Shown in pieces: positions 28,424 to 39,063 of a stretch of 64,000 nucleotides of DNA. The position numbers and the translations under genes were made by a program. This stretch comes from the human T2T-CHM13v2.0 reference genome, Homo sapiens. The notes under the pieces were generated by a model, which saw only the letters and a program-made list of their open reading frames with translations, had not been told where the DNA came from and searched no databases. The stretch's first letter is position 1; each line of letters starts with the position of its first letter. The stretch lies in NCBI RefSeq assembly GCF_009914755.1, contig NC_060942.1; one strand, given 5' to 3'.

Positions 28424-29239
28424 GCAACATTGTACTAAGGAAGAGTCCAGCTCAGAAGAAAGTTCCTAAGATTTTCCTTTTCCTTTTCTCTTCTGTGCAA
28501 TCAGAGAATGCACTGAAAGGTCACTCCTCAGATAAGTAGCACATTACGGAGGTCAGCGTGGCTGGTCCTGGGAGTGTCAGTATGCACTCTTGCTCTTGAA
28601 AGCATGCTTCATTCAAGGACTCAATTTTAACATTTTTAGTGCAACTTCTTATTAAAGCCAACTGTCCTTGAAACATAGAGAGCTGGAAGGACCTTGCAAA
28701 GACTTTCAGCTCATTCTCTTTCATCAGTGTTGAATTTTATTATATCATTTAAAGTCCTCAAGATTCTTTAAGAAGATTCCTCAGTCTTCTGGGGGTCTGT
28801 CTTCCTTGGCCTCAGACCCCTGTTGGTTTAAATATTCATCTAATTTTCTAATTCCTTATTTTCCAGCTGAAATTCACCCAAAAGGCTTTCTCTGTGTATC
28901 AAAATAGTTTGCTTTCATTCCGTCCTTGGGGTTTGGAGAAAGTGGTGGCTGGGATAGAGCCCTGGGGAGATGGGAGGTGGACATGTGTGAAGGGAGCCAC
29001 ATCAAGAAGTTCTCCAATTGGGGTGTCCCTGGTTCCTGTTTCATCCTCCCCACAGTATCCAGAAGCCTCCTTTGCCTTGTTCCCCTCCATGAGGGCAGAG
29101 ATGTTGGAGGCTGTCAGGGCTTTGAGCACTTGGGCTGGCACCTGAGACTTGAGTGAAAGAAATGAGGAAAATGGAGTGCAGTCCTCAACCAAACCTTCCT
29201 GAAATGAAAGGTGTTCTTCTCTTCCTACTATGCTGTGAT

Positions 29240-29514
29240 TAAGGACATTATCCTTAGCAAAATAACTCAGGTACAGAAAACTAAATACCACTAATAATGA
29301 GAACAAATGGACACACAGAGGGGAGCAACAGACACTGAGACCTACCTGAGGGAGGGAATGGGTGGAGGGAGACGATCAGAAAAATAAATATTGGGTACTA
29401 TGCTTAGTACCTGGTTGGTGAAATAATCTGTACAACAACCCCACCCCATTTGAGTTTACCTATATAACAAACCTGCACATGTACCCCCGAACCTAAAATA
29501 AAAGTTAAAAAAAA
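29240..29514 (+). mobile_element. Short L1PA 3' end
   Basis: ATTATCCTTAGCAAA...AACAAACCTGCACATGTACCCCCGAACCTAAAATAAAAGTTAAAAAAAA. Confidence 0.88.
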
Positions 29515-29519
29515 TAGCT

Positions 29520-30070
29520 AGGTAAATTGGGGTTTAAATCTCAGTCCTGACACTTAATAACCATGTGACCCTTTGGCAAATTACATCACCTCTCATGTTC
29601 CATTTCCTTACCTGTGAGATAGGAATAGCACCTAATTTATAAACTGTGGGGAGATTATATATAAAGCATTATGTGTTGTGGCTAAGAGCAGTCAAACCAT
29701 CTGGTAATCCTTGTTCTGCTACTCTTTAGCTTTGAAAATTTGGAAACATCACTGACTCTTTTTATGTTGCAGGTTTATCCTCTGTAAAATGGATGAAAAA
29801 TAGTGCTTAGCTCATGAGATTATCAAGAGGCAGATGGTGGTTAAGGGTGTAGCCTTCGAAATGAGACTATCTGGATCTGAATCTCAGCTCTGTCATTTCC
29901 TAGCTCTGTGGCCTTGGGTAATTCACTTAACCTCTCTGTGCTTCATTTCCAGCATCTTTACAATGAGGAGCATAATAGTACCGTTATGCAGGGTTATTGT
30001 AATGATTGAATTAATATAGACAAACCACTTAGAGCACATACTGGCATCTTAAAAGTGCTATATAAGTTTT
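29520..30070 (+). mobile_element. Cluster of MIR fragments
   Basis: Three successive MIR cores, e.g. TGTGGCCTTGGGTAATTCACTTAACCTCTCTGTGCTTCATTTCC. Confidence 0.7.
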
Positions 30071-30084
30071 AGAAATTATCAATG

Positions 30085-30342
30085 GGCTGGGCGCAGTGGC
30101 TCACACCTGTAATCCCAGCACTTTGGGAGGCGAGGCAGGCGGATCACAAGGTCAGGAGTTCGAGGCCAGCCTGGCCAATATGGTGAAACCCTGTCTCTAC
30201 TAAAAATACAAAAATTAGCCAGACATGGTGTTAGGTGCCTTTAGTCCCAGCTACTTGGAAGGCTCAGGCAGAGGTTGCAGTGAGCCAAGATTGCGCCACT
30301 GCACTCCAGCCTGGGCAACAGAGTGAAACTCTGTCTCAAAAA
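30085..30342 (+). mobile_element. AluSg-like with internal deletion in the right arm
   Basis: GGATCACAAGGTCAGGAGTTCG. TSD GAAATTATCA(A/T)TG at 30072-30084 and 30344-30356. Confidence 0.93.
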
Positions 30343-31519
30343 GGAAATTATCATTGAAAAAGTTGAGTGAATGATACAGGCAAGGTTGCTTGAATGGTGT
30401 CTGGTACATGCGAAACCCTCAATAACTATTTGCTGAGGCAACTGGAACAGAGTGGGTCTTCATTAAACATTAATTCTCTTTCTCCCCTGTCCCAGGTGTG
30501 TGGAGTGGGGGCCCTGTCCTTCCTTCACTTACCCAACATATGCATAGCACCAGGCAGGTAGGTAGGTGGAGAAACCGTGATGCTCAGGACTGGGAAGGAT
30601 GGAGAGTGCGTTTATAATGTAGGTGGAGAAGCCATGTGCTTCAATGGCACTCTTTTGTTTAAAGTAACACCACAAAGCCAAGCAGAAGTTCTGCCCTAAG
30701 CATTCCTATTTTTGGTCAATATGCTGCGAGGGAGCAAAGGAAATGGGGCTAAATTAAAGTAGCATTTATAAATAATAATGATGAATAAATGATTCATCAA
30801 AGTTGCTTTGCAAAGTAAATTATTCCGAGACACACAGAGACCTGTCGGAATGATTGTAAACTAGTTAATAGATGATGTTGTTGCAACTTGCGAGGAAGCA
30901 CTTCGGAGCAGCAGCCCAAGCAGTTATTTATGCTTCTGCAAATTCTAGCATAATTTAAGAAAAAGGGAAATTTACTTACCAGCTCTTAATAAAGTATTCA
31001 TGCTACCTTAATGTGAAATGTTACCAAAATTATTTAGTGACTTATTGATTCCATTGGGTTTTATGTTACTCTTGGTATTCTTTGGTGACAATTAACTAAG
31101 ACAGTGTGGCCTTTGATTTAAACAGTTCCTTTCTTTGGCAAATTCTCTGGATTTCAGGAAACTTTTCAGGGTAGAGATGGAGGGATTAGAGGAGAGTCTG
31201 GGGCATGGAGCATGGAACATATGGAGCCATATTGTGGACCTGGATGTCCTTGGGAGACTGTCATGGATCTATGGATGGCCAGAGGTGGAAGGAACTTATT
31301 ACGTCTTCCCAAATGAATAAACTGAAGATCCAAGAGGCTAAAGGATCCACTGAAGCCCATGCAGCAGAAGAGTGGCAAAGTCCTAGACCTACTACGTTGG
31401 GCTAAAGTCCTGTATGGTGTTTCTCCCTCCACGGGGCACCTTACAATGGGCCACCAGGGATCCATCCCATGCAGTGGAAAAAAGGTATTAAGTGCTTACT
31501 GAGTGCATGACATAAACAC

Positions 31520-31960
31520 TTGAGCCAACTGAAGATTAAGTTTAGATAGATAAAACAGAAAATCCAAATAAGAGTGGCTAAAATGAAATAGTGGTTATGA
31601 ACAGGAAGTCTGGGTGTAGGTGGCTGTTTATGTGAGCTATAGGTGAGATCTCTACTATTGGCCTTTCTCTACTGCCTTGGCCTTTCCCTCATCGTTGAAA
31701 AATGGCTGCAGCTCCAGCCATCATCTGTGTTCCCAGCAGGAGGAAGGGCAAAGTCAGTTAAAAAGGATAAGACCTGTATCAGGCAAGCAAATATTTCCTC
31801 CCCATGGGGCTGCCAGTTACATCTCTTGGGCAAGACACTACCTTCTGGCAATCCAGGCTGCAGTGAGGCTGGAAAATATAATTTGTTTAGCTGGGTTTAA
31901 TGAACTCCCAACAAAATTGGGGCTCCATTAGAAAGGTAGGAGAGACTGGATATGCAACTG
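31520..31960 (-). mobile_element. MLT1 (MLT1K/L-like) LTR
   Basis: AACAGAAAATCCAAATAAGAGTGGCTAAA...AAAATGGCTGCAGCTCCAGCC...GCTGCAGTGAGGCTGGAAAATA. Confidence 0.6.
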
Positions 31961-32133
31961 AAAGTCTCTGTCATGCCTGATTATTTTATTTCTTACAGCA
32001 ACCCTATAGGATAGATGAGTATTATTGTTCCCATTTTTCAGATAAAAAAACTGAGGCCTAGAGAGATTAATCTGCTCAAGGAATAGAGTTGAGGCTTAAA
32101 TGTAGGGACTGTGTGGCATCAAAAGCCTCACTC

Positions 32134-32455
32134 TTTTTTTTTTTTTTTTTTTTTTTTTCAGAGACAGAGTTTTGCTCTGTTGCCCAGGCTTGAGTGCAGT
32201 GGTGTGATCATGGCTGGCTGCAGCCTTGAACTCCTGGGCTCAAGCAATCCTCTCACCTCAGCCACTTGAGTAGCTAGGACTATAGGCTAGCAGCCAGCAT
32301 CAGCGTGCTCAGCTAATTTAAAAAAAAAAGTTTTATTCAGATGGGGTCTTGCTGTGTTGCCCAGGTTGGTCTTGAACTCTTGGGCTTAAGTGATCCTCTT
32401 GCCTTGGCCTCCCAAAATGTGCTGGGCTTACAGGTGTGAACCACCACACACGGCC
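32134..32455 (-). mobile_element. AluJ inserted into a MIR
   Basis: Poly-T plus J-type antisense Alu. TSD AAGCCT(C/T)ACTCTT at 32123-32135 and 32457-32469. Confidence 0.93.
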
Positions 32456-34154
32456 CAAGCCTTACTCTTAGCCACTGTGCCATCCTACCTCTCTGGTAGG
32501 AAATCTTTTCCTGCCTTGCATCTGACAACAGCTTCCTAGAACCTCAATCTCCTCATGAGGGGTGATCGGAGACATTCCAAAGCAGGGGGAGAAACTGGCA
32601 GAAAGATCCCTTGCCTGGCATGTGACACCAGGCTTTGCATATAGGGGACCCCATATATGCCTGGCACATGACACAGGGCTTTGCATATAGGGGACCTCAT
32701 TCACTATGAGGGGAGGGAAGTAGGAGGCACAGAAAGAGGACTCTAAGAGGGTAGGGTCACATATAGAATTCCACGAGGAGACAAATATGACAGATGCCTA
32801 GCAGCCGGTGCCAGCCTTGAGCAGAAGAGAAGTTGGAGATGGTGATCTCTGGCACCCTTGGTCTGCCACCCTTGCCCAGGCCCGTTTCCCCCTCACTGGA
32901 CTCCCACTCTCCTTTCAGCTGCCCACTGCGCCCTATGTCCTTATCTGCTTAATGTAATCCCAATCTCATGGAAAGGCCTTCTACCAGTTAGCTTGCATCA
33001 TAACATGACTTTATAGAAAATCATGGAGGGACAACTGAGGATATGGAATTTACCCCCATTCCCTTTTATTTGACAGAAAAGAAAATTGAGGTGCAGAGAG
33101 GAGAAATCTACCTCCAAACTATATACAGAAAGTCAGTGGCAGGCTGGAAAGGGAGCCTAGGACTCCTGACTCCTAGTCTAGTGTGTGCATATGTGTACAA
33201 TGTGTGCACTGGGTGTGGGTGCACGTGCATGTGTGTGTGTGTGCATGTGTCTATTTCCTGTTTGCATTTTAAATTTCATTTTGCACGGTGCAATTGAAGA
33301 CATCCCCTCCTGCTAAGGAATAGAGACTTCAGGGAACACATGGGGAAAAACTGACAGCAGGGTATAGTCCTGATCTCTTAACATAGAGGTGGATGCCTAC
33401 TCTACCTAGTCAGAGATTGAAGTCTCTTGACAATCAGTGAAAAGGAGGCAGATAGAAAGACCCACAGCTGTAGAGAAAATGAAGAATAGATCTGGAGCCA
33501 GGGCGGCTGGTTAGGGGAACCTGTTGACATAAGGTTCAGAAAATTCAGGTGCAGAGCTTTCTACTCTATTACAAATGTTTAGTCCTTAAGGCAGAGACAA
33601 GAGCTCAGGGCAGCTTAACTTTGCCTCCAGCTGCATTGGAATCAGAATGGACTTAGACCTGCAGATGCACAGACCAACATGGCAGCTCCTCCTGGGTCCT
33701 GGCCTTGCTGCTGATGGGATGAAGGCTGCCTTGGTTAAGGGTGGGCCAAGATTTCTGCTCTGAGGATTTTTCTTTGAAGTTTTATAAATCAGCCAGCAAG
33801 ACAGCCAATTTCAAGCTGAGATGTCATATTGAAGGCCTCAACCCAAGATCAATTGCTGGCTGACTTTGATTCTCTGTCATGGAGCCTGGGCCAGTCTTGC
33901 CCCAACTGGGACATAGTCAAATCTTGACTTTTGATGCTTTCAACTCAGCCCTTCGTTCTTTTCTTGGCCCCAACCCTGCTCCCCGGGCAACTATTTTCCA
34001 TGTTAAGGGGTTCATCGATTACCCTTTTGCCCTGGAGTACACTGATTCCAGAGGTGTTACCCCTCAGAGAATATCCTGCAATTTGGCTATGCTGCCATAA
34101 GGGGGCGATAGTTCCATTGACCAGGTACTAAGAATGGTAACGTGAGAGGAGAAA

Positions 34155-34420
34155 ACTAGCAGCTGTAGTGTTCAGTTTGGCAGTGCCTTTTTAAAAATCT
34201 TGAATTCGTCACAAATATTTTAACAGTAGGAGCCTGCCCATAAAAATTCCGATTTGGGGCTTCTTTTGAAATATCAGGATATCTAGCAACATTCCCTCCA
34301 GCAGACAGCCAGCTGGTGCTGAGTAGGGACTGCCGCCTTGGGGCAGGATGTGCAGCCTCCTGTGGCCACTGTCCTCACCTGGCTGGCAGCCACTCATTTA
34401 CATTACCCGTCTGCTTCCCA
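34155..34420. mobile_element. MER102-like hAT-Charlie element
   Basis: TTTTTAAAAATCTTGAATT...CATAAAAATTCCGATTT...GCTTCTTTTGAAA...TCTAGCAACA. Confidence 0.6.
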
Positions 34421-34657
34421 AAGCCCCTGTTTAAGCTTTAGGCATATTTGAGCTAGAGAGAATATTAATTAAAAAATTTAAATAGCATAGCTTTAAAAAA
34501 GTTAAAGCATCTGAACTTAGGTGGCAACCAAGGTCTGCACTTCCTTAGGATCAACTTTCAAGTAGACAAAAATCTAAGATTCTTTGATAACTCTCTTATA
34601 CACTTGTCTTAAACTTGAACCAATTTCAGTTTTCAGAATATACCACACTTTCTCTTG

Positions 34658-34770
34658 ATGGTGATCAATCATCCTCGATTGCCTGGTACTTAGGGCTTTC
34701 CTAGAATGTGGAACTTTGAGTGCTACAAAGAAGAAAGTCCTGGGCAAACCAGGACACATTGTTCAACCTG
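34658..34770. mobile_element. MER81-like hAT-Blackjack MITE
   Basis: GGTGATCAATCATCC...GCTTTCCTAGAATGTGGAACTTTGAGTGCTA...AAAGTCCTGGGCAAACCAGGAC...GTTCAACCT. Confidence 0.65.
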
Positions 34771-34779
34771 CTTATCTGT

Positions 34780-35190
34780 GGGCCACACTGCCTACCTGGA
34801 ACGCCTTCCCTTGGCCTGGCTCACCACTCCCGCACCCTTCGGGTCACAGCTTAGACAAATCTGCCTTGATTACCCCTCTCCCTACAGCCTGTACCAGGTA
34901 TCCCCACTTCCCCTTGCACTGCAGTCTCCATCTGTGCTAATTTATCTGCTCACCTGTCTGCTTCCTGCTAGACCATGAGCTCCCAGGCATTGGCTCAAGG
35001 GTCTCCCACTCAAGGCTGAGCTCCCAGCACACAGCACAGTGCATGGCCCAGAGTAAGTGTTGAGTGCTGAATACAGACTAATTCCTCAATGATAAGGGGC
35101 AGGCACGATGTATAACTTGGATGTGCACCCCTTGCAGGCATGGGACATGGCAGGTGCCCAATAAAGCGTTTATTGTATTGAATTGCATTA
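34780..35190 (+). mobile_element. L2 3' fragments
   Basis: CTAGACCATGAGCTCC...CCCAGCACACAGCACAGTGCATGGC...CATGGCAGGTGCCCAATAAA. Confidence 0.6.
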
Positions 35191-36692
35191 AGATTTGCAA
35201 TTTGGATTGCAAAGATTTGGATGGACATAGATCTCTTCTGATGAATGAAGAGGATAAAGTGAAATAATGATCTCTCATGACAGTCTCTTTCACCCTGTTT
35301 TGACTGTGACTCTTCTTTTTTATTTCCTGGGTGTTCCTCATTTTCCTAAGTAGACACTAAGCCCTCCTGTGGGCAGATACCATGCCCTATGCAGTTTGTG
35401 TGTTCCTCTTTTAACAGGCATGCTAAAAGAAAAAAAAAGACATATTGAATTGATGTGTTTCAACCAAAGTGGGCCTTCTAGTGAGGGGCTGATTGTATGT
35501 TAAAATATTCTCTCCCACCATAATTCCTGGTTGCCTAGGATCAGTAAAGACCCTGCTCACCCATTCTCCATTCTCAGGAGCACATAAATTGCTCGAAATT
35601 GGATCAGACACAGATTATGGCAAGACAGATGAAAGTAAGATAAAGAATGGACCTCCATGTTGAGTGATTTATCAGAGACACTTAATTTTGGAGGACAAAA
35701 TTGGAGATCATTGCCATAGGCCTTTAAGAAGGGCAACCCTGTTTTTCAAGATGTAGAATGCTGTGAGTGGCTTCTTTAGACCCCATTCTAACCTGAGACT
35801 TGGTGGCTTCTTGAGAAGACAATGAGAGCAAGTGGGAGTGGCCAGTGGAAGGGCAGGGGAGTCACCCCAGGGACAGCTCTGACCGCCACTTGCTCTTGCA
35901 TGGCCACAGTGCAAGTTGGAGTGTCTGGGTTGGAGTCAAGTTCTCCCAATTCCACATTGTCTTCATGCACCAGACTTTCCCATCTGAGTGCCATGACTGG
36001 GTGATGGTTTGCTGAGCTATTGACCCTTTCAGCCATCTGGGCAGCCAAGTTGGCTCTGTGGCAGGCAAGATCCCCAGGTTGGGCACCTCTGACCTCTAGG
36101 AACCTCCCCCTACCTCAGCATGGGTCAGTTTCATGTTCTGTCTGCATTGACTTGAAAAAGGCAAGGAGACTGTCTTACGCCACACTCATGGGACCATCAG
36201 CTGTCTGTATAATTCCCCAAACACACTATAGCAAAGTGGGTCTGACCTGCCATCCAGAGACTGGGTTCCAGTCCTGGCACTGCTTCCTACCAGCAAGAGT
36301 GGCCTAGACTGGACTATTTCTTAGCTATATTATATGAATAACCACCAAAAGTCCATGCCAATTACTGATGCTGGTGGAAAGAATATTTGACATTCTTGTT
36401 TAACATGTAGTATTCTCTGTTGAATTGAACTGCTCTCAGTCAATATTCCACAGACATTTTTGGGGGAGCCTTCTCTGGGCCAGGCTTGATAGTCCTAGGG
36501 ATACAATGGTAAGAAAACTGCCCTAGTGGACCCCACATTCTAGCTGTTTCTAGCCTTCTGTTAGGAAGGAGGAAGCCTATGCCCAACCCCATCCTTCACT
36601 TGTGAGTTTTTCCTTGAAATGGGGTAACAATGCTACCCAACTGTGTGAAGGGCTGAATCTTGAGTGCAGTCCCAACAGCATGCATTCAGCAG

Positions 36693-39063
36693 CACTGTGC
36701 CTTTCCACAATCATCCTCCCACCCAGTGCCACCACACTGTGCCTTTCCACAGTCATCTTCCCACCCGGGGCCACCACACTGTGCCTTTCCACAATCATCT
36801 TCCCACCCAGGGCCATCGCACTGTGCCTTTCCACAATCATCCTCCCACCCGGGGCCACCACACTGTGACTTTCCACAATCATCCTCCCACCCAGGGCCAC
36901 CACACTGTGCCTTTCCACAATCACCCTCCCACCCAGGGCCACCACACTGTGCCTTTCCACAGTCATCCTCCCACCCAGTGCCACCACACTGTGCCTTTCC
37001 ACAACCATCCTCCCACCCAGGGCTACCACACTGTGCCTTTCCACAACCATCCTCCCATTGGGGCCACCACACTGTGCCTTTCCACAATCATCCTCCCACC
37101 CAGGGCTACCACACTTTGTCTTTCCACAACCATCCTCCCACCCGGGGCCACCACACTGTGCCTTTCCACAATCATCCTCCCACCCAGGGCCACCACACTG
37201 TGCCTTTCCACAATCATCCTCCCACTGGGGCCACCACACTGTGCCTTTCCACAATCATCCTCCCACTGGGGCCACCACACTGTGCCTTTCCACAATCATC
37301 TTCCCACCCGGGGCCACCACACTGTGCCTTTCCACAATCATCCTTCTACCCAGGGCCACCACACTGTGCCTTTCCACAGTCATCCTCCCACCGGGGCCAC
37401 CGCACTGTGCCTTTCCACAATCATCCTCCCACCCGGGGCCACCACACTGCCTTTTCACAATCATCCTCCCACCCAGGGCCACCACACTGTGCCTTTCCAC
37501 AATCATCCTCCCGCTGGGGCCACCACACTGTGCCTTTCCGCAATCATCCTCCCACCCGGGGCCACCGCACTGTGACTTTCCACAATCATCCTCCCACCCG
37601 GGGCCACCGCACTGTGCCTTTCCACAACCATCCTCCCACCCGGGGCCACCGCACTGTGCCTTTCCACAATCATCTTCCCACCCGGGGCCACTGCACTGTG
37701 CCTTTTCACAATCATCCTCCCACCCAGGGCCACCACACTGTGCCTTTCCACAATCATCCTCCCACCCGGGGCCACCGCACTGTGACTTTCCACAATCATC
37801 TTCCCACCCGGGGCCACCGCACTGTGCCTTTCCACAATCATCTTCCCACCCGGGGCCACCACACTGTGCCTTTCCACAGTCATCCTCCCACTGGGGCCAC
37901 CACACTGTGCCTTTCCAAAATCACCCTCCCACCCAGGGCCACCACACTGTGCCTTTCCACAGTCATCCTCCCACCCAGGGCCACCACACTGTGCCTTTCC
38001 AAAATCACCCTCCCACCCAGGGCCACCACACTGTGCCTTTCCACAGTCATCCTCCCACCGGGGCCACCGCACTGTGCCTTTCCACAATCATCCTCCCACC
38101 CGGGGCCACCGCACTGTGCCTTTCCACAATCATCTTCCCACCCGGGGCCACCACACTGTGCCTTTCCACAGTCATCCTCCCACCCAGGGCCACCACACTG
38201 TGCCTTTCCAAAATCACCCTCCCACCCAGGGCCACCACACTGTGCCTTTCCACAGTCATCCTCCCACCGGGGCCACCGCACTGTGCCTTTCCACAATCAT
38301 CCTCCCACCCGGGGCCACCGCACTGTGCCTTTCCAAAATCACCCTCCCACCCAGGGCCACCACACTGTGCCTTTCGACAATCATCCTCCCACCCAGGGCC
38401 ACCACACTGTGCCTTTCCAAAATCACCCTCCCACCCAGGGCCACCACACTGTGCCTTTCCACAATCATCCTCCCACCCGGGGCCACCGCACTGTGACTTT
38501 CCACAATCATCCTCCCACCCGGGGCCACCGCACTGTGACTTTCCACAATCATCCTCCCACCCGGGGCCACCGCACTGTGCCTTTCCACAATCATCCTCCC
38601 AGCCGGGGCCACCGCACTGTGCCTTTCCACAATCATCTTCCCAGCCGGGGCCACCGCACTGTGCCTTTCCACAGTCATCTTCCCAGCCGGGGCCACCACA
38701 CTGTGCCTTTCCACAATCATCCTTCTACCCAGGGCCACCACACTGTGCCTTTCCACAATCATCTTCCCAGCCGGGGCCACCGCACTGTGCCTTTCCACAG
38801 TCATCTTCCCAGCCGGGGCCACCGCACTGTGCCTTTCCACAATCATCTTCCCACCCGGGGCCACCACACTGTGCCTTTCCACAATCATCCTTCTACCCAG
38901 GGCCACCACACTGTGCCTTTCCACAGTCATCCTCCCACCTGGGGCCACCGCACTGTGCCTTTCCACAATCATCCTCCCACTGGGGCCACCACACTGTGCC
39001 TTTCCACAATCATCCTCCCACCGGGGCCACCGCACTGTGCCTTTCCACAATCATCTTCCCACC
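36693..39063. repeat. Minisatellite/VNTR, 42-bp unit (some 41-bp variants), ~57 copies
   Basis: Consensus CACTGTGCCTTTCCACAATCATCCTCCCACCC(A/G)GGGCCACC(A/G). Successive CACTGTG at 36693 and 36735 give period 42. The + strand is strongly C-rich and the - strand G-rich. Confidence 0.99.

Noticed and set aside
36693-39063. CRISPR-like array
   Set aside because: The units are head-to-tail with no unique spacers, there are no cas genes, and the context is primate DNA.
36693-39063. PRDM9 hotspot 13-mer CCNCCNTNNCCNC in the VNTR
   Set aside because: The unit has CCTCCCACCC, lacking the required T at position 7, so it does not match.
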